This document shows, in pieces, positions 1 through 7,736 of a DNA stretch of 32,000 nucleotides. The notes under the pieces are model-generated. The model worked only from the letters and a program-made list of their open reading frames with translations, did no database searches and had not been told where the DNA came from. The position numbers were made by a program, and so were the translations under genes. The stretch comes from Candidatus Saccharimonadota bacterium (lineage in GTDB: Bacteria; Patescibacteriota; Patescibacteriia; 2-12-FULL-60-25): positions 330,001-362,000 of the forward strand of contig OY970357.1 in assembly GCA_963718585.1 (NCBI GenBank). The letters run 5' to 3'. Every line of letters starts with the position of its first letter. Positions within the stretch are counted from its first letter, which is position 1.

Positions 1-27
1 TCGGCGTCCTGCTCTGGGTCCTCATCC

Positions 28-70
28 AAAAATACAAAAAATGACCGAACGGGATCTCTCGATCGGTCAT
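28..70 (-). terminator. Rho-independent terminator downstream of the DEAD-box helicase gene
   Basis: 8-bp stem ATGACCGA (41-48) / TCGGTCAT (63-70) with a 14-nt loop. On the minus strand it is followed by TTTTTGTATTTTT (plus-strand A runs at 28-40). It lies about 40 nt past the stop at 109. Confidence 0.6.
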
Positions 71-108
71 TTCTGCATTCGTTCTATTCGTCTTTTAGGA
101 TGACGGTT

Positions 109-1332
109 TTAGCGTCGACGCGGTCCACGGCGTGCAGGTGAGCGACCGCGGGAGTGAGAGGGTCCACTCTGGAGCTCATGTCGCGGGACTGGACGATGCG
201 GGGGGAGATCCGGGAGTTCGGAGATCGGCAGATAGTTGCGTGTCAGTTTCTCGATCTCACGCACATCACGTCCCTGATCCGGCGTGGCAAAGGAGATGGC
301 GCGACCTTCGCGTCCCGCGCGTCCGGTGCGTCCGATCCGGTGGACGTAATCATCTGGGTTGTCCGGAAGGTCGTAATTGATCACGAGCTCGATCCCGACG
401 ACGTCGATGCCGCGCGCGGCGATGTCCGTCGCCACGAGGACGCGATATTTTCCGGTCTTGAATCCCTCGAGTGCATCGCGTCGTTGAGAGAGCGTCCGAT
501 CCGAGTGGATGTCTGCGGCCGTATGGCCCATGACCTTCACGGCGCGGGCGATCTTTCTGGCACCATGTTTGGTCCGCGAAAAGACGAGTACCGTCCCGTG
601 ATTCTCCTGCAGGAGTTTTTCGAGCAGGCGGAGCTTGTCCTCACGGCGGACGACGTAGATCTCTTGGCTCACCCGTTCTGCAGCCGTCCCGGCGCGCGCG
701 ATCTCCACACGGACGGGAAGCTTCATGTATCCACGTGCGATCCCGACGATCTCCGCCGGCATGGTGGCGCTGAAGAGCATGGTCTGCCGTTCGGTCGGTA
801 CGGATGTGAGGATCCGGTTGATCTGCGGCGCGAAGCCCATATCGAGCATGCGGTCCGCTTCATCCAGGACTAAGACCCGGACATCTTTGAGGCTCACGGT
901 CTTTTGATCCAGATGATCGATGAGCCGGCCTGGCGTCGCCACGATGACGTGGGGATTGGCCTTGAGCATCTTGATCTGTCGATCCATGGACGCGCCGCCA
1001 ATGAGCACGGCGGTCCGGAGGCCGATCGATTTCCCGATCTTTTGGAAGACCTCCTCGACCTGCAGGGCGAGTTCTCGCGTCGGCAGGATCACCAAGCCGC
1101 GCCCCTTGGTCTGTGCAAGGCGCTGGATAAGCGGAATCCCGAACGCGAGCGTTTTGCCCGTGCCGGTCTGTGCGATACCGATCACATCCTTTCCTTCGAT
1201 CCCGATAGGAATGGATTTTTGTTGGATCGGCGTCGGTGTCTTAAATTGAAGCCGGTCGAGGATCTCGAGCAATTTCGGCGCGATGCCGAGCCCATAGAAC
1301 CCCTCCGGAAGTGGAGTGGTGTTGTTTGTCAT
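109..1332 (-). CDS. DEAD-box ATP-dependent RNA helicase with an Arg-rich C-terminal tail
   Basis: Q motif (GFYGLGI...FKTPTPIQ), Walker A AQTGTGKT, DEAD (VLDEADRM), SAT, and HRIGRTGRAG. Start set at the ATG at 1332 (MTNNTTPLPEGF...), 12 aa before the Q-motif Phe. The ORF-track start at 1551 and the ATG at 1380 are alternatives. Confidence 0.9.
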   Translation of the reverse strand: MTNNTTPLPEGFYGLGIAPKLLEILDRLQFKTPTPIQQKSIPIGIEGKDVIGIAQTGTGKTLAFGIPLIQRLAQTKGRGLVILPTRELALQVEEVFQKIGKSIGLRTAVLIGGASMDRQIKMLKANPHVIVATPGRLIDHLDQKTVSLKDVRVLVLDEADRMLDMGFAPQINRILTSVPTERQTMLFSATMPAEIVGIARGYMKLPVRVEIARAGTAAERVSQEIYVVRREDKLRLLEKLLQENHGTVLVFSRTKHGARKIARAVKVMGHTAADIHSDRTLSQRRDALEGFKTGKYRVLVATDIAARGIDVVGIELVINYDLPDNPDDYVHRIGRTGRAGREGRAISFATPDQGRDVREIEKLTRNYLPISELPDLPPHRPVPRHELQSGPSHSRGRSPARRGPRRR

Positions 1333-1438
1333 ACGAGAGTCAGTGACCCGGTCCTTCAGCGCCACTCGTATGACGGTCATGAGGCTCGAGCCTGCATCTC
1401 CACTCCTCCCGATTGGAGACAATCTGTACTCGACGGGG

Positions 1439-1467
1439 AGTATAGTTGGAAATAGCGGTTCTGTCAA
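1439..1467 (-). promoter_or_regulatory. Sigma70-like promoter for the helicase gene (TTGACA-17-TATACT)
   Basis: On the minus strand, TTGACA is the complement of 1462-1467 and TATACT the complement of 1439-1444, with an exact 17-nt spacer. This implies a 5' UTR of about 100 nt. Confidence 0.5.
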
Positions 1468-1480
1468 TGCCCGCACCGCG

Positions 1481-1509
1481 TTGACCAGAGGAGAAAAGAC
1501 GGGTACGCT
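1481..1509 (+). promoter_or_regulatory. Sigma70-like promoter (TTGACC-17-TACGCT) directly in front of the ATG at 1518
   Basis: TTGACC at 1481-1486, 17-nt spacer, TACGCT at 1504-1509. The ATG lies 8 nt after the -10 and there is no Shine-Dalgarno, so a leaderless or near-leaderless transcript is suggested. Confidence 0.4.
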
Positions 1510-1517
1510 CGTCCAAT

Positions 1518-1952
1518 ATGTTGACCGAATTCGTGTCCATCCAGCTGTCACGAGAGGAGTTGAAGGAGCTGCACGCTGCGTTGCTCCAAAAGGCCATTGT
1601 CGAAGACGAGGTCCGGCAGGAGCGGGGGCAGGAACGCGTTGAACGGCGTGGTCTCCTCGAGCGCTTGGAGATGCTGCTGGGTGAAGGAGAAGATCGGCTT
1701 CAAGAGCTTGATCGTGAAACGGAGGACGAGTTGTGGGAATACGCCTGGTATGCGTACACGGACGAATGGGCCTGGTACCGCGCTGCGCAGGATGTGGAGG
1801 CCGAGGCTGGAAAGACGCTGGAAAAGGCCGAGTTCACCAAGCGGGTCGAGTTGCTGTATCAAAAGAAGTTCAACGAGTACATCGCAGAGATCGACATGCA
1901 CGAGGCCGCGAAGAAGCCCCGTGTGCCAAAGACCCAGAAAAGGACCTCCTAA
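1518..1952 (+). CDS. Hypothetical protein, charged and helical with an aromatic cluster
   Basis: 144-aa ORF bracketed by a promoter-like element and a strong terminator. It has E/R/K-rich helical-looking sequence and the segment ELWEYAWYAYTDEWAWYRA. No family recognised. Confidence 0.6.
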   Translation: MLTEFVSIQLSREELKELHAALLQKAIVEDEVRQERGQERVERRGLLERLEMLLGEGEDRLQELDRETEDELWEYAWYAYTDEWAWYRAAQDVEAEAGKTLEKAEFTKRVELLYQKKFNEYIAEIDMHEAAKKPRVPKTQKRTS

Positions 1953-1985
1953 AAAAACATCCTGCCGTCATGGCAGGATGTTTTT
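1951..1985. terminator. Bidirectional Rho-independent terminator between convergent genes
   Basis: AAAAAAA, then CATCCTGCC (1958-1966), loop GTCAT, GGCAGGATG (1972-1980), then TTTTT. The A and T runs on either side allow function on both strands. The stop of the minus-strand gene (1968-1970) sits in the loop. Confidence 0.75.
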
Positions 1986-2279
1986 GACCTTGATGCGATC
2001 GAGAAAGGCTTCGAACGGGGTGGGGGTTTTGACGTTGACCTGGCTCAGGTCGACCGGAGCTGATGTGAGCGGTGCACTGGAGGAGGGCGGTTCCGCTGCA
2101 GATGCGTTGTTTCCGACGGCCCAGATCCCGACTGCCGCGGCTGCATAGACGACCATAAAGGCGACCACGATGCCGATGAAGTGGCGTTCTTCCTCAATGA
2201 CGTCAGCGAGGAAGTGTTTGATGACATATGCCAGGACGAGGATGCCGAGGGCGATCAAAAGACTCCAGGGGATGGGCAT
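1968..2279 (-). CDS. Small membrane protein (2 predicted TM helices, Ser/Pro/Ala-rich tail)
   Basis: Hydrophobic segments PWSLLIALGILVLAYVI and FIGIVVAFMVVYAAAAVGIWAV. Start chosen at the ATG at 2279 because a TTGAAA-17-TATCCT promoter sits just upstream. The ORF-track start at 2363 is a TTG. Confidence 0.55.
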   Translation of the reverse strand: MPIPWSLLIALGILVLAYVIKHFLADVIEEERHFIGIVVAFMVVYAAAAVGIWAVGNNASAAEPPSSSAPLTSAPVDLSQVNVKTPTPFEAFLDRIKVKNILP

Positions 2280-2289
2280 AGGAGTGCCT

Positions 2290-2318
2290 AGGATATCAGC
2301 GTCTGGAGGACGTTTCAA
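2290..2318 (-). promoter_or_regulatory. Sigma70-like promoter (TTGAAA-17-TATCCT)
   Basis: On the minus strand, TTGAAA is the complement of 2313-2318 and TATCCT the complement of 2290-2295, with a 17-nt spacer. The ATG at 2279 follows 10 nt later with no SD. Confidence 0.4.
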
Positions 2319-2386
2319 GCCCTCTCTCTTTCCGCCCTTTCGTATCTCGCCAAAAGATCCCAAGTGCGGTAGGGTAGATCCTACTT

Positions 2387-3958
2387 ATGGCAGAGATCGC
2401 CAGGGGACTTGCGGAGCAGGTCCTGAACGCTGTGGCGCCGATCCAGTACCCGGAAGTCCCTGAAGGATCCCGGATCATCGTCCACTCGGCCGTCAGCCGA
2501 TTTTCGGTGCTGTACGAGCGCATACGCAATGCGATCGATTGGAAGGATGAGCACACGTTCCGACGCGCGGCCATCCTGCGGATCCTGCATCGTCAGCTGA
2601 TCCTTGAGAGTGACGCGGAGGTGATCGCGCATAATCTCATCCTCGAGTTGATCGCTGCGCGGTATCTCCCGAATAACGAACTGGCGGAGAGTCTTGTCAA
2701 TGATGCGGCGATCCGTGTCGCTAAATATCAGGCGGTCGCTCGCACGCGCGTCGGTCCGGAGTCGCATCTGGATTGGCTCCGACGTCTGATGGCGGTTGAG
2801 CTGGAGGAGATGCTCGTGGATGCCACGCAGGAGAAAGCGCTGGTGACTTTTTTGTATGAGCGGCTCGCCGATCGGATCCGTGTCGCCGTCCCCGGCATGT
2901 CGGAAGGGGATCTGCGTCTGCAGATCTATATCGCGTGTTATCGGACGTATCTCAAGGCAGGAGACGATGTTCTTGGATATAAATTGTTGCGTGCGTATCT
3001 GCCGGAGTGGACGCGACCGCAGGAGTGGCTGGAAGATCCGGTGCCCATCGCGGAGCGATTGATCGGCGTTCAGCGTCGGATCAAGGTGAGTCTGACGCAC
3101 CGCCTAGCTCTCAAATTCCAGCGGTCGGTCAGACCCTATGCAGTTTCTTTGGAGGTCCTGCGCGACGCCTTGTTAGACAAGCCAGAGGAGGCGGCCGTGC
3201 TGTTGTCCAAGCCAGAGGCGCTGGATGCGGTCATTGCGCGCATCGCACAACGAAAATATCAGGATTCCAAGGGCCGTCTGCGTCGAGGGGCCGTTCGGGC
3301 GACCTTCTACCTCTTCATCACGAAGATGATCGTCGCGTTCGTCTTGGAGGTGCCGCTGGAATACCTGTGGTATGGGAGCGTCGCGACGACGGCGTTGACG
3401 ATCAATGTCGCGTTCCCGCCGACGCTCATGTTCTTCGTTTCCCTGTTCATCCATGTCCCTGGTCGCAACAATACGGAACGGATCCAGGCGAATGTGAATG
3501 CCCTGTTGTCAGAGAGCGGTGTTCCGCTCCGTGAACTTCGGACTGCTCGCCGGCGCAATTCGGCGGCGCAGTTCCTGTTTACATGCGCATACGGATTGAT
3601 GTTCGTCTTCACTTTTGGATTGATCGGAGGCGTTCTCATGACCTTGCGCTTCACCTGGCTGTCTGCCGCGATCTTCTACTTCTTCCTCTGTGTGGTCAGT
3701 TTCTTCGCCTTTCGCCTCCGGATGGCGGCTCGGGAATACGTGATCGTCGCCGGACGGGACCGTTTCACGACCGTGATCTTTGATTTTCTCTCCTTGCCGA
3801 TCCTGCGTGCGGGGAAGTGGCTCTCCCGGAGCATTTCCCGCTTGAACGTCTTTTTATTCATTCTCGACTTTCTCATCGAGGCTCCGTTCAAGATCTTTCT
3901 CGGTGTCCTGGAGGAGTGGTTCGCATTCATGAAGGAAAAGAAAGAAGAGCTCCAATAG
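2387..3958 (+). CDS. Large conserved-looking hypothetical membrane protein (soluble helical N-terminal half, multi-TM C-terminal half)
   Basis: 523-aa ORF. About 300 aa of helical soluble sequence is followed by at least 4 hydrophobic helices (for example FYLFITKMIVAFVLEV, LTINVAFPPTLMFFVSLFI, FLFTCAYGLMFVFTFGLIGGVLM, LSAAIFYFFLCVVSFFAF). No catalytic motif recognised. Confidence 0.7.
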   Translation: MAEIARGLAEQVLNAVAPIQYPEVPEGSRIIVHSAVSRFSVLYERIRNAIDWKDEHTFRRAAILRILHRQLILESDAEVIAHNLILELIAARYLPNNELAESLVNDAAIRVAKYQAVARTRVGPESHLDWLRRLMAVELEEMLVDATQEKALVTFLYERLADRIRVAVPGMSEGDLRLQIYIACYRTYLKAGDDVLGYKLLRAYLPEWTRPQEWLEDPVPIAERLIGVQRRIKVSLTHRLALKFQRSVRPYAVSLEVLRDALLDKPEEAAVLLSKPEALDAVIARIAQRKYQDSKGRLRRGAVRATFYLFITKMIVAFVLEVPLEYLWYGSVATTALTINVAFPPTLMFFVSLFIHVPGRNNTERIQANVNALLSESGVPLRELRTARRRNSAAQFLFTCAYGLMFVFTFGLIGGVLMTLRFTWLSAAIFYFFLCVVSFFAFRLRMAAREYVIVAGRDRFTTVIFDFLSLPILRAGKWLSRSISRLNVFLFILDFLIEAPFKIFLGVLEEWFAFMKEKKEELQ

Positions 3959-4127
3959 GTCATAGTGAATGAACCTATTGATCGGGAACTTCTTCGGCAT
4001 CGTATGCACCGCCCTATAGGGGTGAGGGCGCGGTTGCTCGCGAAGATGTCAGAAGATCGGTCGTGATCGTTCTCATGAGAAGGTCGTCTCCTCGACATCG
4101 GAGCCGTTTTCGTATATTGTCCGGCGC

Positions 4128-5240
4128 ATGGAAAACGCGGGATTTGAACTCACGTCGAGTGGGCTGAGTGGACGCCGTGGCGTTTTGACGACTCCACACG
4201 GGGTGCTTCAAACGCCCTTTTTCATGCCCATTGCGACCCGCGCGGCCGTAAAGACGATCTCCTGCGCTGATGCCGAGCGTCTTGGTTCGCCGATCCTGCT
4301 TTCGAACACGTTCCATCTCATGCTCCGTCCGGGCATGGAGGTCATGGAGCGAATGGGCGGCCTCCATGAATTCATGGGATGGAACGGCGCGCTTTTGACC
4401 GACTCAGGAGGATACCAGGTCTTTTCGCTCGCGGATCGAAAAAAGATCGTTGAAGAGGGCGTGATGTTCCGATCGCCGATCGACGGATCGCGTCAGGCAT
4501 TGAGTCCTGAATCATCCATCGCGATCCAACGGACGCTGGGGAGTGACATCGTGATGTGTTTTGATGACGTGATCGGCCTGCCAGCCCCGCAAAAAGACGT
4601 GGAAGAGGCGATGGAGCGTTCGTTACGCTGGGCCGCGCGATGCAAGACCGCGTTCGAAAAGACGAGAGAGGGGAGTGTGAACCCGGACGCGCAACTCTTC
4701 GGAATCATTCAGGGTGGGACGGATGTTGAACTGCGGAAGCGATCGGCCGAAGGGTTGTTGAAGATCGGGTTCGATGGGTATGCCATCGGGGGCCTTTCTG
4801 TCGGTGAACCGTTCGAAGATGCGCTCACGACCCTTGATGCGTTGATGCCGCTTTTGCCGGCGGACAAGCCTCGGTACTTCATGGGCGGCGCGCAGCCGCA
4901 TCAACTGGTCGAATATGTGAGGCGCGGGGTCGACATGTTCGACTGTGTCCTTCCGACGCGAAATGCCCGACATGGACACCTGTATCGGTTCGTCCACGAC
5001 GATCTCTCCCGGCCGGATTTCTATGAAGTGGTCAATCTGACGAATGAACAATTCAAATATTCGAAAGTACCTCTCGTTGAGTACAAGAATGATGATGATG
5101 AGATCGCTAAAGAACTTTCCCAGTGTTCATTAGGATATGTCCGACATTTGTTCTCGATCCAGGAGATGCTGGCGTACCGTCTCGTCACATTGGCGAACCT
5201 TCGATTTTACCTTAGGTTGATGGATCGACTTCGGCGATAA
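4128..5240 (+). CDS. tgt: tRNA-guanine transglycosylase (queuine/preQ1 tRNA-ribosyltransferase) family, atypical
   Basis: Tgt hallmarks are present: TPFFMPIATRAAVK, LLSNTFHL, LTDSGGYQVFSL, IIQGG, GYAIGGLSVGE, GVDMFDCVLPTRNARHG. The C-terminal CxCxxC...H zinc motif is absent (see findings). Confidence 0.9.
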   Translation: MENAGFELTSSGLSGRRGVLTTPHGVLQTPFFMPIATRAAVKTISCADAERLGSPILLSNTFHLMLRPGMEVMERMGGLHEFMGWNGALLTDSGGYQVFSLADRKKIVEEGVMFRSPIDGSRQALSPESSIAIQRTLGSDIVMCFDDVIGLPAPQKDVEEAMERSLRWAARCKTAFEKTREGSVNPDAQLFGIIQGGTDVELRKRSAEGLLKIGFDGYAIGGLSVGEPFEDALTTLDALMPLLPADKPRYFMGGAQPHQLVEYVRRGVDMFDCVLPTRNARHGHLYRFVHDDLSRPDFYEVVNLTNEQFKYSKVPLVEYKNDDDEIAKELSQCSLGYVRHLFSIQEMLAYRLVTLANLRFYLRLMDRLRR

Positions 5241-5273
5241 AAACGAGGGTTGAAGGTCGGAAAAAGAAACGGA

Positions 5274-5302
5274 TTGACCTGACGAAAAAAGATTGATATG
5301 CT
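5274..5302 (+). promoter_or_regulatory. Sigma70-like promoter (TTGACC-17-TATGCT) for the 5356 gene
   Basis: TTGACC at 5274-5279, 17-nt spacer, TATGCT at 5297-5302. It is followed by a leader of about 50 nt ending in GGAGG (5345-5349). Confidence 0.5.
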
Positions 5303-5355
5303 CCCGCCCTGTTTCACTCTTGAAGCAGGGTACTTTCGAAAATCGGAGGCAACGA

Positions 5356-6744
5356 ATGGGACAAACGACCGCGACAGAGCAGGGGAATGGAAAAGGATTC
5401 GGCGTTCAGGAGAACGTGACCGGCAGCCGGAGCATCCCTCCGCCGCTCATCCACAAGACCGTGGACCTCGCTTGCATCCCCGAGGAGGATGCCGTGTTCT
5501 ACATCAAGGATCGGGAACGTTCGGCCGCGTATCAGGCCTACGGCTTCGAGCGCACCGCCTACTATGACAAGGAAGCGGCGGTGCTCATGGTGTTCACCTG
5601 CATCGACGAACGCGAATCGGATTTCGAGACGTGCATGGGGATCCCCATCGGGGCGGCGAACGTCATCCAGACCGGTGGAAGCAAGCTCGGGGAGGTGAAT
5701 CACCCGGTCCGCGCCTACATCCAGCGGAAGGTCAAGAAGGCACACGAGCGCGGCAAGGTGGTGCTGACCCTCTTCGTCACGCACGAGTCCACCGCGCATC
5801 CGGACGACGATTCCTGCGCCGCATGGAACCACGATATCGCCGCCGCAAACCAGTACGCCACGGAGCGCGTGGCCCGGTTCAACGCCGAACACGTGGACCG
5901 GAGTCAGGACGGGACGGTCTCTCGGCGCCACCTGGTGGCGATCCACATCAAGAGCTTCACGGACAGCGAAGCGCGCGTGTGGGTCGGTATGAATGGTGAG
6001 ACGCTGGATCCGCGCGAGTACGCTCACCCCAATGGGGGAGGGTCGCATGTCATCGAGGGGGTGGCGCTCGAACAGGCGCTCCACGTGCATCTGATGAAGA
6101 TCTACCCCTACGATGATCCTCGCTTCGAGGGTCTCATGCGTCCGCAGTGGATGGAGATCCTCTGGCAGTGCGCGCGGATGGCTCAGTACAACGTGGGCGT
6201 GGTCCGCAGTATGGAGACCGGACTGCGCACCGTCGAAAAGGCCGGACACAAGGGGACGCGGGTGCTGGTCGGTCGCGGGTGGGACATGTACGACGAACCG
6301 AACGCCTTCTTCAAGGTCGGGGACTTCTCCCCGGACTTCACGAAGGAGTGCCGGATCGCGGCCAAATACCTGATCCGGAACGGGCTCATCTGCGCGATGC
6401 GTGATGACGCCGTGGGCAGGTCACAGCCCGTGACCTTCCACGTGAACGTCCTGTACGAGGACGAGCCGGGCGATCGGAGCAACTCGATCGGTCACGCCAT
6501 GGACATCGCGCGGACGATCCGCACGGATCTCCGGACGATGATGAATACGGCAGAAAGCCGTGACGCGTTCGACGAAGCGCTGAGGCTGGCGATGTATCAC
6601 GAAGGAGTTCCCTGGACGGATCTGTCACTCAAGATCCGTACGACCTACCACGAAGACGCTCTGCGGGATCTCCGGATCTACGTGAGCGTCTCGAAGCGCG
6701 ACACCCGCTCGCTCGAGCTCGTCGCGACCATCGAAGACCTCTGA
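5356..6744 (+). CDS. Hypothetical protein with a beta-carbonic-anhydrase / CsoSCA-like zinc-site motif
   Basis: The ATG at 5356 is preceded by GGAGG with 6-nt spacing; the ORF-track start at 5293 is a TTG. Motifs are FTCIDER (C82-x-D84-x-R86) and THESTAHPDDDSC (H143-x10-C154). The product is 462 aa, with its own promoter and terminator. Confidence 0.8.
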   Translation: MGQTTATEQGNGKGFGVQENVTGSRSIPPPLIHKTVDLACIPEEDAVFYIKDRERSAAYQAYGFERTAYYDKEAAVLMVFTCIDERESDFETCMGIPIGAANVIQTGGSKLGEVNHPVRAYIQRKVKKAHERGKVVLTLFVTHESTAHPDDDSCAAWNHDIAAANQYATERVARFNAEHVDRSQDGTVSRRHLVAIHIKSFTDSEARVWVGMNGETLDPREYAHPNGGGSHVIEGVALEQALHVHLMKIYPYDDPRFEGLMRPQWMEILWQCARMAQYNVGVVRSMETGLRTVEKAGHKGTRVLVGRGWDMYDEPNAFFKVGDFSPDFTKECRIAAKYLIRNGLICAMRDDAVGRSQPVTFHVNVLYEDEPGDRSNSIGHAMDIARTIRTDLRTMMNTAESRDAFDEALRLAMYHEGVPWTDLSLKIRTTYHEDALRDLRIYVSVSKRDTRSLELVATIEDL

Positions 6745-6756
6745 CACGACTCAACG

Positions 6757-6793
6757 CCCCGCCCGCCGTTTCTGGTGGACGGGGTGTTTTTTT
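6757..6793 (+). terminator. Rho-independent terminator
   Basis: CCCCGCCCGCC (6757-6767), loop GTTTCT, GGTGGACGGGG (6774-6784; one mismatch and one GU pair), then TG and TTTTTTT (6787-6793). Confidence 0.75.
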
Positions 6794-6869
6794 GTCCTTG
6801 GATGCTTGACAGAGAACGAAAAATTGGGCATGCTCATTCATCGTTCTTTCACCGACCGAAGGAGGATCA

Positions 6870-7649
6870 ATGGTCATTGAAGAAACGCTCGATGCCCTGA
6901 TCGACAACCTCGATCCGGACATGGAAGAGGCGGTCGCCATGACCGCCACGGACACGATCGCCGACCTGCTCTTGAATGGTCATGCCGATGCGGTCCTCCA
7001 GCGGATCGCGGATGAACTCAAAGAGGCGGATGCGTCCTCTCTCGTGGCATGCGGGGTCCTGTGTAGTCTCGCCATCGAGATCGCCCTCGCGAATGATGAC
7101 GAAGCTTTGGCCCTGCGGTTTGCGGACGTGATCGCCGAGGACCCGGATCAACTGTGCTTTGAGTACCCGGCGTACGGATACATCAAGATCATGGAGGAAA
7201 CGGAGGATGTCGCGACCGCGCGTCAGCGTTCACTGATCGGAACACCGGTCGACCAGCTTCGGGCGTTCATGGACATCGCCGAGTTCAGCAACCAGACGGA
7301 TGATCTGGAGGACGTTCGGTTTCGCGCCGCCAGCCTCGAACGCGTCATGGATGATGTCGTGGATCGGACGTTCGCGATCCATCACGCGTACCGCGTACTG
7401 ACGGTCCTGACCGGATCGGACGATGACTTCGACGCTGTCATACGGACGTTTGGTCCCTACCAGGCGGCGATCCAGCGCAGCGATGTGCTCCTCGAGATGC
7501 TGGACCAGTTCGCTGATCAAGCAAAAGCCTTCCTCTTCAAGGTCGGCGGAACGGAGCGGAACGCCCGTTACCTCGACGCGATCACGATCCCGAGTCTCAA
7601 GACGCGGATCAACGATCTTCTCGTCGAGCAGCTTACCCTGCTCAACTGA
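6870..7649 (+). CDS. Hypothetical acidic protein
   Basis: 259-aa ORF with a strong SD (AAGGAGG 6859-6865, ATG at 6870) and its own terminator. D/E-rich and helical-looking. No family recognised. A weak TTGACA (6806-6811)-17-CATGCT promoter candidate lies upstream. Confidence 0.7.
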   Translation: MVIEETLDALIDNLDPDMEEAVAMTATDTIADLLLNGHADAVLQRIADELKEADASSLVACGVLCSLAIEIALANDDEALALRFADVIAEDPDQLCFEYPAYGYIKIMEETEDVATARQRSLIGTPVDQLRAFMDIAEFSNQTDDLEDVRFRAASLERVMDDVVDRTFAIHHAYRVLTVLTGSDDDFDAVIRTFGPYQAAIQRSDVLLEMLDQFADQAKAFLFKVGGTERNARYLDAITIPSLKTRINDLLVEQLTLLN

Positions 7650-7655
7650 ACCTCT

Positions 7656-7702
7656 GACCCGTCCTGCATCTGCCCTTTGGCAGGCCGGACGGGTCTTTTT
7701 TT
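7656..7702 (+). terminator. Rho-independent terminator (long compound hairpin)
   Basis: Outer stem GACCCGTCC (7656-7664) / GGACGGGTC (7687-7695). Inner stem CTGCC (7670-7674) / GGCAG (7679-7683) with loop CTTT. Followed by TTTTTTT (7696-7702). Confidence 0.8.
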
Positions 7703-7729
7703 GTCATCCATGCGCCGCTCCGCTACTGT
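7701..7729 (+). promoter_or_regulatory. Sigma70-like promoter (TTGTCA-17-TACTGT), leaderless arrangement
   Basis: TTGTCA at 7701-7706, 17-nt spacer, TACTGT at 7724-7729. The ATG at 7737 lies exactly 7 nt after the -10 and there is no SD. Confidence 0.45.
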
Positions 7730-7736
7730 TGCCCGC

